A DNA stretch of 63,977 nucleotides, counting the filler, from Hausera hauseri (taxonomy: Eukaryota): the NCBI GenBank assembly GCA_046269625.1. It is 12 parts of 12 records of this genome, joined end to end, with 100 filler letters (N's around TTAATTAATTAA, not from the genome) between each part and the next. Parts side by side here need not be neighbours in the genome. Positions count along the whole stretch, not along the records: positions 23,373 to 27,816 come from JBJURY010579115.1; positions 27,917 to 32,276 come from JBJURY010618442.1; positions 32,377 to 36,904 come from JBJURY010540342.1; 9 more parts are not named here. One strand, written 5' to 3'. Positions within the stretch are counted from its first letter, which is position 1, and each line of letters begins with the position of its first letter. Both the position numbers and the translations under genes were made by a program. This document shows positions 23,697-33,826 of this stretch, piece by piece. The notes under the pieces are model-generated. The model saw only the letters and a list, made by a program, of their open reading frames with translations. It ran no database searches and had not been told where the DNA came from.

Positions 23697-25094
23697 GGTA
23701 GACGTGTCAGCTCTACCGCACTTCCTAAAAAGTGCTCAGATCAATTCGGGACCCAGGTTTCCCCACCTATCTCGCAATTGTAAGCAATTTATGTTTTGTG
23801 GTCGGCGATCCCCACCCCAGGAAAGAAAAAGGTCGGGCAATGGACTTTGAACCGAGGTCAATCGATCGAGCCGGACAAGGCGAACAAAAGTCAACAGCGA
23901 TGCGAAGCCGAAAAATGTAACCCGGCAACAAAAGGAGGTGGAAGAAGAAAAACGGGCAGTGTGCAACTGGCAACGCAACACATGTAGTTGGTATACGGAA
24001 ATTTTGTACAGCGGTAAAATTGATGTTGGCAAGTCGAATGGACATGGTTTCGTCTTCGTCCGACCAAGGGAACATGGGGAAAATCGGTTGGGAAAATTCC
24101 CGTCGGGTAAAATTTCCCCTGTTCAAGTTTGCCGGCGATGAAAATTGGTCCGGTACATTGCCCATAAGTTGGGGAAAATTTCATATTATAACCCTCTCAC
24201 GATCCGACAAATGGATTCGCGTGAAAAACTCACATTTCTGTAAGAAACAAAAAAACGTCAAAATCGTCATTTTCCTTTTGTGTTTTTTGTAAAAATCTGT
24301 TGTGAATTTTATTTTATACGACGATGACGATTAAAACCGAACGGTTGATAATAAATTACAATCGCACTATGAGCATGAGCTTATAATTGAGTACTACTCA
24401 TAAGGAGATTGATTATGCTCAAAACTGCAATGCTAGTAGTAGTAGTAGTAGTAGTAGTAGTAGCAAAGATGACACCTGAGACCGTGTAGCACAATTGTAA
24501 CAAAGGTAGTGAAACGATATAACAATACATGGTAGTACCAACAATAACAACAGCAATACAACACGTTGTATATTTCAAAATCACAAAAACTGTCTGTCCA
24601 TCCGCACAAAAGAGTCTGTCTGTCTGTCCGTCCACTCAAAAAAGCTGAATACGTTCACAATAATGTCTGTAATGTAAGACACAATAATTAGTAATGTCCA
24701 CACAGTACGATAAGTGGATGTTGATAATGAAGTCGATTATATTCAATACGATGATGATGTGATTGTTCTTCAATTTGAGAAACTAACGATGACGGGTAAT
24801 AAAACCCGAGCTGATCGAATATCTTGACGACGGTCGGATGTACGTACACCGCAATCCAATGTTCGCCCGATAACTATGAACTGTGTGTATTGACGATGAA
24901 ACCTCCGCCACTATTTTGTCGTAAATCACGCGGTACACGATCCACTGAAATCCCATCGCGGAATTTCACACCTAAGAGCAGTTTTCTATAGCGACTGAGT
25001 TCAGTTGAGCTAAACGTAAAACGTGATTTAATCATAATAGTAATAATGGTAATAAATTACTTCATAATACAAATAGGAGGAAGAAAAAAAAAGA

Positions 25095-26277
25095 TTTTAT
25101 TTCTACAATGATGGTTAGGTTTTTCGTTATTTCAACCTCGGCATCAAATACACCGTTAATGTACATCACGTAGATTGCTTCAATGCTTTAGCAAAGTGAA
25201 CTTCCAGTCGTAGGTTTCCCTGCTGAGGTTATAGTCCTGAGCCAGGACAAATGTGAAGAATGGGTAGGTGGACTTAAACAAATTCATCGATATGCCATTT
25301 TTGACAATTTTGTTCAGCAAACCCATGTTGCGAAAGATAGATTGCATATATGTGCAAACGTAATCTCTTGTATGTCTCAAAGAAATCCGCATTCCGGCCA
25401 AAGCTAATGTAATTTACACTGCTGTGGGTAAACGGTTCCGAATCGGTGGTATAACTGCCCGTTTGTTGAACAGTCGTTTGAAATGTAACGAGCACAAATT
25501 TCTGCAATGGCATGTCGTTAAACAGTGTATTTTTGCAAAACGTAGTTGAACCTTCGGGTATGGTGTAAAAGACGAGTTCTGTGCGTTGTAATGGGTAACA
25601 GGCATTTTGCTTTTCAAAGCCCAATCGATGTCCCATGAGCACAGATGGTTCCACCTTTACTCTACGTACGTATAATCGTGCCTCGATAATTTTCATTGTT
25701 AGTTTAAGCAGTGCAACGGCGGTTTTCAAACAAAACACATTGTCGCTGCGTTTGAGCTGAATGATGACTCTAGCATCGGGCAGTAGATATTTTGGCTGAT
25801 CGAAAAAGTCAAAGTACAGCGGTCCACACATTGTAAGTGCTTTTGATTCTGCCACTCATCGTATCCCATGGTTTTTGTAAAATGAGTCATTTTCGTGTCT
25901 GTACTGTTTTTCAGAGTCGTTTCAATGAGTGCTTTGATACTGTATAGACTGGTGTTGCCTTAGATTTTGACGCTGTTCAGAGTCAATAAAGCCTTCTGGA
26001 ACAGTGTGAAGAAAAGGTGATTGGCCGTTTTGACAGTGTCTGTTGCAGCGAAAACCGTTAACGAACGTTTTTTAACAATGACTTTTACATAGAGTAGTGT
26101 ATCGCTTAAATCCAGGTATTCACTGTCCAATGCCATAATGTTGAATTGAATGTCAATGTTGTCGTCCGTTAAAACCGAATCAACGTAGTAGATTTCTTCA
26201 AATGCCGCATTGTCAATAACAACTTGTGGCGCCGCTTTGTTAAATATACACAACTCAGATTTTTCAGATGCCATTTG
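25095..26277 (-). pseudogene. Polinton/Maverick major capsid protein (double jelly-roll)
   Basis: KSELCIF..PQ; YLDLSDTLLYVK; NHLFFTLF; GPLYFDFFDQPKYLL; C-terminal GNLRLEVHFAKAL. Frameshifted. Confidence 0.85.
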
Positions 26278-26289
26278 TCTATTAATCAA

Positions 26290-26613
26290 TCAATCTATCG
26301 AAAATCGTATGACGACGGCGTTTGTTTATAGTTGATGAGCTCGACGATGCTCTATGGTGTTTTCTCGTCATTAAGCCACTGATTCAACGACTCCCAATGC
26401 AGCGCTTTTTATTTATGTCAAGTCGTGTTCCTTCAATGATAGTAAAATCGATTTGTTTTCTACTGCCACTGCTCCAATACGCTTCAACACCGGAAATATT
26501 AAACGTGCCAATGTATGCAACCATCCAGAGCCATTCTGTTTACCAACAAAATACGGCAGTTCACCGCCCTGCTGGGATTTACTTTAAATGGAAACGATTT
26601 CTGAATCAATCAT
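26290..26613 (-). pseudogene. Polinton core/amphipathic protein between penton and MCP (not in ORF track)
   Basis: MIDSEIVSI*SKSQQGGELPYFVGKQNGSGWLHTLARLIFPVLKRIG..., with a basic tail RRRHTIF. Confidence 0.65.
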
Positions 26614-26685
26614 ATTGTTGTTGTTGTTGTTGTTGTTGTTTTTATTGTTGTTGTTGTTGTTTTTGTTTTTGTTGTTGTTGTTGTT
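26614..26685. repeat. (TTG)n microsatellite, imperfect
   Basis: Seen directly. Confidence 0.9.
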
Positions 26686-27745
26686 GGATTCGATAAAAAT
26701 AAAGAGTTAGACTGGTTGTAGTACCGTACGGAAATTCAATAAAGTAGCCCGCGTCACATCGGATATTAACTTCAACATTGTTTATAGATGTAAATGCCAT
26801 AAGTAGGTACATTGGATTATCGAACTTGACAGTGACATTTTCTTTAGTAGTATACTTGCTGCTTTCTAAATAAATTGCACGTAGTAGTGGTACACGTACT
26901 CCACCGACAAAAATCGGTTCGATGACGTTCACGTAAATGTACATTTGACTTAGTTCAGTTTTCAGTTTGGGTTTAAGTGTTGCAACATGTGTCGTCTTCT
27001 AATTCGATGCCTCAAGACGATGTTTTTCAAAACCCAATACCATGACCAAAGCTTTGTCCAATGAAATGTCAACAATATCCTTAGCCAGGTCAAATTTAAT
27101 TTACCCATTTGCATCTGAGTTGAAAACTTTAAATATCGCATCGTACTTTGATTTGAAGAAGAAAAGTGTTGACAGACATGTGCTACAGATTCGCAATAGA
27201 CATTGCCTCCAATCGATACGTATGGTGTTGACAACCTTTCTGTTGTATAGGTAAATTTCCCCATTGTCTGGTTATATACGGGACTTAATCTTGGACTAAA
27301 AACATATTCACTTTTAATATGTTTACCTTTCTACTCTGTATTTTTGAATCCAAATTTCTGATCCATCTCAGACGACTCAAAGGTAACAGTAAATTCAAAA
27401 TCTGCCATAAAATGTAAGTTTTAGTCTAAAAGAAAAACACCGATCTTACCATATAAACCGTAATTTGCTTCGGTCGTGCAAATGACAGATTCTTCAACCG
27501 TTATTTTATTGTTAGTAAGTGTCAGAGGACAAGAATGTGTTTGGGTTTCAGTAAAAATCTTGTTGTACATTATTTTTATACTACATTTCAATGTCACCGG
27601 TGCATAGAGAAAGTTAAATTCCTTCAGCGCAACCTCCCATTTTCGAGAGAAATTCAAAGGATTGTTCCAATCTACAACGTATTCACTGGCGGATTTCTTC
27701 GGACGAGTCGTCGGACAACTGTTTCTCGGCAACATTATCTAAATA
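26686..27745 (-). pseudogene. Polinton minor capsid (penton-like) protein, paralog B
   Basis: LPRNS..SASEY..PLNFSRKWEVALKEF; IYVNVIEPIFVGGVRVPLLR; NPMYL; VEVNIRCDAG. Confidence 0.78.
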
Positions 27746-27756
27746 CTCATGATCTC

Positions 27757-27816
<60 letters not shown>
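27757..27816. repeat. (GAT)n microsatellite at contig end
   Basis: Seen directly. Confidence 0.95.
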
Positions 27817-28012
27817 NNNNNNNNNNNNNNNNNNNNNNNNNNNNNNNNNNNNNNNNNNNNTTAATTAATTAANNNNNNNNNNNNNNNNNNNNNNNNNNNN
27901 NNNNNNNNNNNNNNNNAAACATATAATGCTGTCAAGTCCTAAAACGCACTAATCCGAAGTTTTATATCTTCTTAGAATGCCACTTAGCAACGCACAATAC
28001 AACTACTAAGCA

Positions 28013-29215
28013 TTAGGTAGTCATAAAGATTACTAAATTAAGAATATAATTTTCCACCATCTGCATCGGCTCATGCAAGTCCTCAATTCCACACTGCACA
28101 TAGCCTGCTGTAACATCTCTGCTATTGCTGTGGTTTAGAAGCTTTTTTAAAATATAAGAACTAAAGTTCTTTTCTAATCGGTGACTAACAATACTCGCAA
28201 ACGTGCGTCTTAAGTCATGCAAGGTAAAAGGCACACTGCATTGTTTACTGAGTGATAAAACAGCTTTATGATGGTATTTCAAATGACCATATTTATTGTT
28301 AGCGGGGAAAACAAAGACGGCGTTATTATTAGCTTCCTTTTGAAGTATTAATTTGTTTATTAACCAAGCTCCCAACGGCAATGTGTGAGTTTTGCGGTTT
28401 TTTGTTTGCTGAAAGGTAACTGTGCCCTTATCGAAATTAACATCTCTCCATTTTAATTTGGCGGCTTCTTGCTCTCTACAGCCAGTAAGTAATATAAAAA
28501 CACAAAATGCTTTAATCGTTCTCTGGTGTAATGTATCGGCATCTTTGATTTGCATTGCTTTAAGCCAAGTTTTTAATTGTGTAACGTCCAAGTGTCCGGT
28601 TCTGCGTTTAATAGTGTGCCACTTGCTCAAAGCAGTTAAGCAATCACAAGAGTTATGGACAAACAACGGCTCTCCATCTTGCGAATACTTGTTTTTTGCA
28701 AAATGTAACACGGCACGCAAGAATCTGAACATCTGGTTTGTTTGCGCTGGACTGCGTTCGCTTAGCTCATCAAACCTCTGCACAACCATATTCGGCTTGA
28801 TACTCAAAATGGGTTTTGATTGCCAGTCTTTAAATGCTATCCGCATTGCCTTGGCGTAATCTCGGAGTGTGTTATCAGCAAAGGTTTTACTTTGAATATA
28901 AGATTGGTAGGCTTCTTCTAAAGTAACTGAACTCGTCTTCTCTTTTTTAATTTGCTGGTTAACAGAAACACCACGACACATCTCAAATAGTCTATTTTTA
29001 GCTTCTGTTCGTGCTTGCTCTACACTAAGCACATTACATGGGCCTATGGTAACGCGAATTGTTTTGCCATTAGCAGTACCTTGTGCAACATAAGTCTTGC
29101 GATTGGGCGTTACTCGAATGCCAAAGCCTTTTAACTCTGAGTCCCACAAAAACTGCTGCCCTTGTGATGGAACGGTTATGCTCTCAACAATGCGTCTGGT
29201 TAATTTTTTACTCAT
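28013..29215 (-). CDS. int: Tyrosine integrase with arm-binding N-domain
   Basis: LWDSELKGFGIRV arm domain; TGCREQE (R), TKN (K), HDLRR, LLNH, TAGY. Confidence 0.93.
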   Translation of the reverse strand: MSKKLTRRIVESITVPSQGQQFLWDSELKGFGIRVTPNRKTYVAQGTANGKTIRVTIGPCNVLSVEQARTEAKNRLFEMCRGVSVNQQIKKEKTSSVTLEEAYQSYIQSKTFADNTLRDYAKAMRIAFKDWQSKPILSIKPNMVVQRFDELSERSPAQTNQMFRFLRAVLHFAKNKYSQDGEPLFVHNSCDCLTALSKWHTIKRRTGHLDVTQLKTWLKAMQIKDADTLHQRTIKAFCVFILLTGCREQEAAKLKWRDVNFDKGTVTFQQTKNRKTHTLPLGAWLINKLILQKEANNNAVFVFPANNKYGHLKYHHKAVLSLSKQCSVPFTLHDLRRTFASIVSHRLEKNFSSYILKKLLNHSNSRDVTAGYVQCGIEDLHEPMQMVENYILNLVIFMTT

Positions 29216-29233
29216 TTACGTAACACTGCTATA

Positions 29234-29515
29234 TTAAGCACATTCCATGTTATTGTTATTACACATGTTGTCCTTAATATCTATGGCGTTCTTCTTAATA
29301 GAATATAATAGACTATCCAACGCTTTTACTTTATGAAGAATATTGCCGGCAAAACAAGTAGCTGGAAATGTATCCTCACTCTCCAACAATCTTGCCCAAG
29401 CATCTATTGAAAGACGAGAAGCCATATTGCACTCAACCGCGATAGTATCAAACACGTTGCGAATGTCTTTAATCGTGGCAAGCATTTTTTGATTACCCTT
29501 ATTTAAAGTTTTCAT
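29234..29515 (-). CDS. Phage hypothetical protein
   Basis: Operon position, RBS-like AAGGA. Confidence 0.65.
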   Translation of the reverse strand: MKTLNKGNQKMLATIKDIRNVFDTIAVECNMASRLSIDAWARLLESEDTFPATCFAGNILHKVKALDSLLYSIKKNAIDIKDNMCNNNNMECA

Positions 29516-29539
29516 AAATTTTTCCTTAAAAGTTACTTT

Positions 29540-30010
29540 TTAACCTATTAATTCAGGATGCTCGCAAAGGTTGCCAATAACTTCTGAATCTCTTTTAACA
29601 AACTCTAATGAGCTAACACCAAGTTTATTCCCAACGCTCCACCTACCCATTTCAGTATCCCAAAAAACTTCTACTTTTTTAAATTCTTCTTTTGATAAAC
29701 ATTCGGTTCGTTTTAATTGATTTACTAAATTGCTATATTTATCGTACAAAACATCCTTCTCCCAAATCTCTTTGTCATTCTTGTCGTACAGGCCAGTAAA
29801 CTGCATTATCTGGCATTTATCGAGATTGAAAGTTGCAATATCATTGCTACCTAAGTCATCTTCTATAAACCAGTTATCAGAACTTAAAAATACCCATACT
29901 CCTTGATAAAAATATTTTCCATACTCGTTAGGATAATACATTATTTTTTCATTTGGATCCCAGACTCTAATCTTAACTATTTTCACAACCTTTCTCCTTA
30001 AACTTTTTAC
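29540..30010 (-). CDS. YopX-family phage protein (true start probably near 29985)
   Basis: IKxRVWD..., MQFTGLYDKNDKEIWEKD, EVIGNLCEHPEL. Confidence 0.88.
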   Translation of the reverse strand, partial: VKSLRRKVVKIVKIRVWDPNEKIMYYPNEYGKYFYQGVWVFLSSDNWFIEDDLGSNDIATFNLDKCQIMQFTGLYDKNDKEIWEKDVLYDKYSNLVNQLKRTECLSKEEFKKVEVFWDTEMGRWSVGNKLGVSSLEFVKRDSEVIGNLCEHPELIG

Positions 30011-30011
30011 T

Positions 30012-30200
30012 TTAAAGTCCCCTAACATCTGAAGGATTACAATCAAATGTTGTTATGCTCTGCCTAATCTTGTTTAAAAGCTGACAAGCTTGTTCAACTT
30101 TTTCTCTAATTTCTTCAGATTCGATGATGCTCGAATTTACAAAAATAGAGCCTAATATATTCTCACATTCACTTATTAAATCAAAAACATACATTTTCAT
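30012..30200 (-). CDS. Phage hypothetical protein
   Basis: AGGAGG RBS upstream of ATG. Confidence 0.65.
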   Translation of the reverse strand: MKMYVFDLISECENILGSIFVNSSIIESEEIREKVEQACQLLNKIRQSITTFDCNPSDVRGL

Positions 30201-30214
30201 GTCCTCCTAATTTA

Positions 30215-31234
30215 TTACGACGCTATCTGTTCGCTAACTTTATTACGAACGGCTACCACATCCAACCAAGCCTGGACAGATTCAGGATGCCTGTTTTCCA
30301 ACATATCAATCAATTGTTGTGCTTGCTCCTCGGTAAAATCATCAAACTTGCTAACACCAGCTTTTCTGAACCACTTGTTGATGATTTCCTGTGATATTTG
30401 GCATTGCGCAACTAAAAACTTAAGATGATTTTTAGTTTGCTCATTTACCTTTGACCCTAAATTTGCAGGCTTTTGCATTGGATGAACTGGCGCTGCTTTT
30501 TGAAGTGGTAACTCTTGCTGTGGGAGTATAGGATTTGGCGTAAATGATTTTAGCTCCTTCTCGTACAATTTGCTAAAAGTCTGATAATTAAAATCAATCT
30601 TCAATCTTGCAGGCAACGCTCCTAGAGTAGATTTAACAATAGTTGCTCTATAAGCATAAGAGTTGCTTTTAGGGTCATGCTCTAACCTGGCTTCCATTAC
30701 CACTTCCGAGAAGTAATCAAACTTATCGTAAGCATCGAATGTAGTGCCAACAACCTTATCATCCTCCCACTTGTCTTTGGCATGAGCGAGAACCACCACA
30801 TTCATATCTAACGCCTTTAATAAATCCACCAGTTTTTTACAACGCTTCTTGGCTTGTCTATGTTCCTGTCCAATTGCAAGCTTACCGTTCCTGCTTCTTT
30901 TCAAAAGTTCAGTATGGCAATCATCTATAAGCTTTGTATAAATAGGTGATACCGAATCAATTACTAATGTTTGAAAATTATGCTTTACTGAAGCCAGCGT
31001 CTTAATTTCTTCCATCAGGTCATTAAAATTATCCGTTTGCCAAACAGCTGAGCCGTTTTTATTTAAATGTTCCACATACAGTTGGCGTTTAATTCTGCCT
31101 TCGCAGTCAATGTAATAAGCTTTAGGGAATTGGGTAGCAAAAAAGCTTTTTCCACACCCACTCTCGCCATATAAAAATACCTTTAATCGTTCGTCACACT
31201 CAGTCACTTGAGTACCCCTTAGTTGTTTACTCAT
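30215..31234 (-). CDS. Phage AAA/P-loop ATPase, Sak4-like recombination protein
   Basis: Walker A YGESGCGKS; YIDCEG; Walker B LVIDS; VVLAHAK. Confidence 0.82.
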   Translation of the reverse strand: MSKQLRGTQVTECDERLKVFLYGESGCGKSFFATQFPKAYYIDCEGRIKRQLYVEHLNKNGSAVWQTDNFNDLMEEIKTLASVKHNFQTLVIDSVSPIYTKLIDDCHTELLKRSRNGKLAIGQEHRQAKKRCKKLVDLLKALDMNVVVLAHAKDKWEDDKVVGTTFDAYDKFDYFSEVVMEARLEHDPKSNSYAYRATIVKSTLGALPARLKIDFNYQTFSKLYEKELKSFTPNPILPQQELPLQKAAPVHPMQKPANLGSKVNEQTKNHLKFLVAQCQISQEIINKWFRKAGVSKFDDFTEEQAQQLIDMLENRHPESVQAWLDVVAVRNKVSEQIAS

Positions 31235-31514
31235 GGTCTTGCTCCTTCATATCATCAATGGCAGTTAATTGGAAGTTATCACTCTGGGACTGCTTATGCG
31301 CTAACAACCCATAACACCCCTGCATAGCTGCATCTTCGGTAATAGCATGTAGGGACTCCATAATTTGCCGCTGCATCTTTAAGCCCTCTTTTATTAGGTC
31401 AACTTGAGAGGAACACTCGCAGTCCATCATAAGCTGCGAGAATGCAGCATTAACTTCACCTACAATTAGTTTGTAAAATTTTTGCTCGAAATCAATTTGA
31501 TCAAAAGTTACCAT
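31227..31514 (-). CDS. Phage hypothetical protein
   Basis: Overlaps its neighbours (translational coupling). Confidence 0.65.
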   Translation of the reverse strand: MVTFDQIDFEQKFYKLIVGEVNAAFSQLMMDCECSSQVDLIKEGLKMQRQIMESLHAITEDAAMQGCYGLLAHKQSQSDNFQLTAIDDMKEQDHE

Positions 31515-31816
31515 TACTGGTTCCCTCCACTGATCAGTTCCAAGAGGTAGGCGTCTTTACCAAATGAGTCACCTAAACTTCTTTGGGGCGTCTCAACACC
31601 AGACCAAAAAATATGTAAATGCGAACCAAATGCTTTTCTCAGTACGCCAGTAGCTTGGTCGCGGACCGTACATATTGCTTCGTTTGCCTTCGGCAGATAC
31701 CGATATGATACTAAGTCGTATGACCTAACAAGTGTGGTTGGATCTGATTCTAGGTTAGTATTACGGGTTGGTTGGTCGATCGGGTTTGTACGATCTGATA
31801 AGATGGGCGTAGCCAT
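31514..31816 (-). CDS. Phage hypothetical protein, first gene of the leftward operon
   Basis: GGAGG RBS; follows a promoter and structured leader. Confidence 0.65.
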   Translation of the reverse strand: MATPILSDRTNPIDQPTRNTNLESDPTTLVRSYDLVSYRYLPKANEAICTVRDQATGVLRKAFGSHLHIFWSGVETPQRSLGDSFGKDAYLLELISGGNQ

Positions 31817-31913
31817 TTTTCTGAACCTCCAATACAGGTTTGGTTGATGGTTAGCAGCCTTGAGAGCTAACGACTCTCTTGCGCTGCGTTAATTAACTAT
31901 TGCAACATGTTTT

Positions 31914-31942
31914 AGTATGGTGCATACTGCACCTTATGTCAA
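31914..31942 (-). promoter_or_regulatory. Sigma70-type leftward promoter with a palindromic operator
   Basis: Minus strand TTGACA-17 nt-CATACT; the palindrome GGTGCA-TAC-TGCACC (31919-31933) sits over the spacer. Confidence 0.7.
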
Positions 31943-31980
31943 CACTTGTTTTGAAAAAAATTTTTACTTATGCAGACTCC

Positions 31981-32085
31981 ATGAAAAAAATTAATGGCGA
32001 AAGAAAAGAAAATGTTGCTATGAGAAAAGCCATCTCGTTTTTTGGTAGTACTGTAAATCTTGCTAAAAAATTAAATTATTCAAAA
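31981..32085 (+). CDS. Cro/YdaS-like HTH protein, N-terminal part only
   Basis: [23 protein letters not shown], a typical Cro helix 1-2 pattern; divergent from the left operon. Confidence 0.6.
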
Positions 32086-32276
32086 ACGAAAGACGAAGAT
32101 GGCACTCAAGGTGATACTGTTCTTGTGAACGGAATAGTAAACCCTAAACTGACAACAAAAGAAGAGAAAATACGTTTGAGACTTTTAAATGGTTCTAATG
32201 CTCGAGATTTAAATCTTAAGCTAAGTAATAATCAAAGTTTTGAGTATATTGCTTCAGATGGCGGTCAATTAAAAAA
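32063..32276 (+). CDS. mco: Multicopper oxidase internal fragment (staphylococcal Mco-like), chimeric
   Basis: [52 protein letters not shown]. Confidence 0.75.
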
Positions 32277-32388
32277 NNNNNNNNNNNNNNNNNNNNNNNN
32301 NNNNNNNNNNNNNNNNNNNNTTAATTAATTAANNNNNNNNNNNNNNNNNNNNNNNNNNNNNNNNNNNNNNNNNNNNAATGTGGAACAA

Positions 32389-32842
32389 TTAATGTGTTCT
32401 ATAACAAAAGCAAAGCTTTATCTTTGAACGTCGTACTTTGTAAAGTAATGCAATGGATTGAGCAAGTTTTGTTCTTAAGTGATTTATAGATGGTTTCCAT
32501 GTCAATTTGTCATCAATAACACCCAGAAACTTGACCTCACTGACTCTATTTATTTCTACCCCATCAGCTCTAAAAGGAATATTAACAATTCTTTGTCTAT
32601 TACTGAATATCATATAATTAGTTTTGTCCAACTTTAAGGACAATTTGTTCAGCTTAAACCAATCTTGTATTTTCAGAAAATCTACTTGTATTTTCTTCAA
32701 CATCCATTCTATGTCCTTACCTGAATAAAAAATGTGGTGTCATCTGCAAACAGTACATATCTAAATAATCCTGACACATTAACCAAGTCCTTTACATACA
32801 GCATAAACAATTTAGGTCCAAGTATGGAACCCTGAGGAACAC
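32389..32842 (-). pseudogene. Non-LTR retrotransposon RT fragment (CR1/L2 group)
   Basis: VPQGSILGPKLF; FADDT; WFKLNKLSL..KT; VKFLGVID. Confidence 0.85.
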
Positions 32843-33826
32843 AGTCTAAGATTGTGAATGGAAGCTCAGGCATCTGGGGCCTCATGGAGAAAGGAGTGCA
32901 CAGTTTTCACTCTAAAAGCTGCTGTAGGAATACATTTTGAAAAGTGTGCGGAACAGAAATATTCAGATGTATAAAAACATGTGCATGCATGTTTCTGCAC
33001 ACCTTTCCTTTATACATCAGCTGAGACTCCTCCCCCTGACAGGTGAGACCCCTCCCATGACACGCCTCAACTTAAATCTTTAAAATGTGTCCAACGTGTT
33101 TCTCATCTCTGGGATCAGAAATGCTCATTAGATGCAGGAAAATGAAGAAATAAATGGACAATTAGTGATAAAAAATCTAAATCTATTTAGATTTACAGTA
33201 TTTAGATCAATGTAAGAGAGGCCAAGTATTAAACCAGTTTCATTTCAGAGGTCCTTGTGTTTTGTTTAACAGAACTTGTAACTTGTACGGTTTGAAATGT
33301 GTAACAGTCAGGGCCACAGTGGCTGGGAGACAGATTTTTGTAGCAGCTACTCAAACTTTTACCAGCCACTACTTTTTTGTTTCATTTAGACAATTCATGG
33401 TTCTTGGTCTACTCAAATTATTTGTATTTATAATCAGATGATGGCACTCAATATTTATTAGTCTTAGAGTATTCAAGGCAGCCTGTTTGTCCAAAATTAA
33501 GATAATGGGATTTTAAGGTCTCTGCTTCTCTTTCTGTTATTTCTCATTACTAAAATACTTGCTTTTTGATCAGGTATGTGGAAATTTTTTTTTTAATTTT
33601 TAAGTAGGGTATTTGGCAGGAAAACAGTTTTTTTAGCCATAATAATAGCTTCTGGAGAAATATTAAAGCTGACAAAAAAACTAAAAATACATTACAGGTG
33701 TTTGATAAATTCATTTAATAAAACCAGCCTTTGCCTTTTATCTCTTGTAGTTTTTGTTCTACTAGAATGAATTTGGGCCTTTTTCTGTTCTAAGTGAGAT
33801 TTCAGTGGAAATCCAGATGAGCCATT

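Larger units (their letters stand above)
27917..32080 (-). mobile_element. Bacterial prophage early-left region
   Basis: Intact, tightly packed or overlapping ORFs with Shine-Dalgarno motifs (AGGAGG, GGAGG): integrase, YopX, AAA ATPase, divergent Cro-like gene. Confidence 0.85.

Noticed and set aside
23700-24300. Cluster of overlapping short ORFs
   Set aside because: Locally GC-richer repeat-like DNA with no motifs; TIRs could not be confirmed.
26322-26696. Poly-Cys, poly-Gln, poly-Asp, poly-His and poly-Tyr ORFs (also 24433-24639, 27535-27864, 49500-49576)
   Set aside because: Translations of trinucleotide microsatellites.
28422-28859. Antisense ORFs over the integrase, pol and Polinton genes
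   Set aside because: Shadow frames of real genes on the opposite strand.
31900-32328. 142-aa ORF as a real Cro-oxidase fusion protein
   Set aside because: Its start lies in the promoter region and its 3' half is a likely chimera at the contig end.
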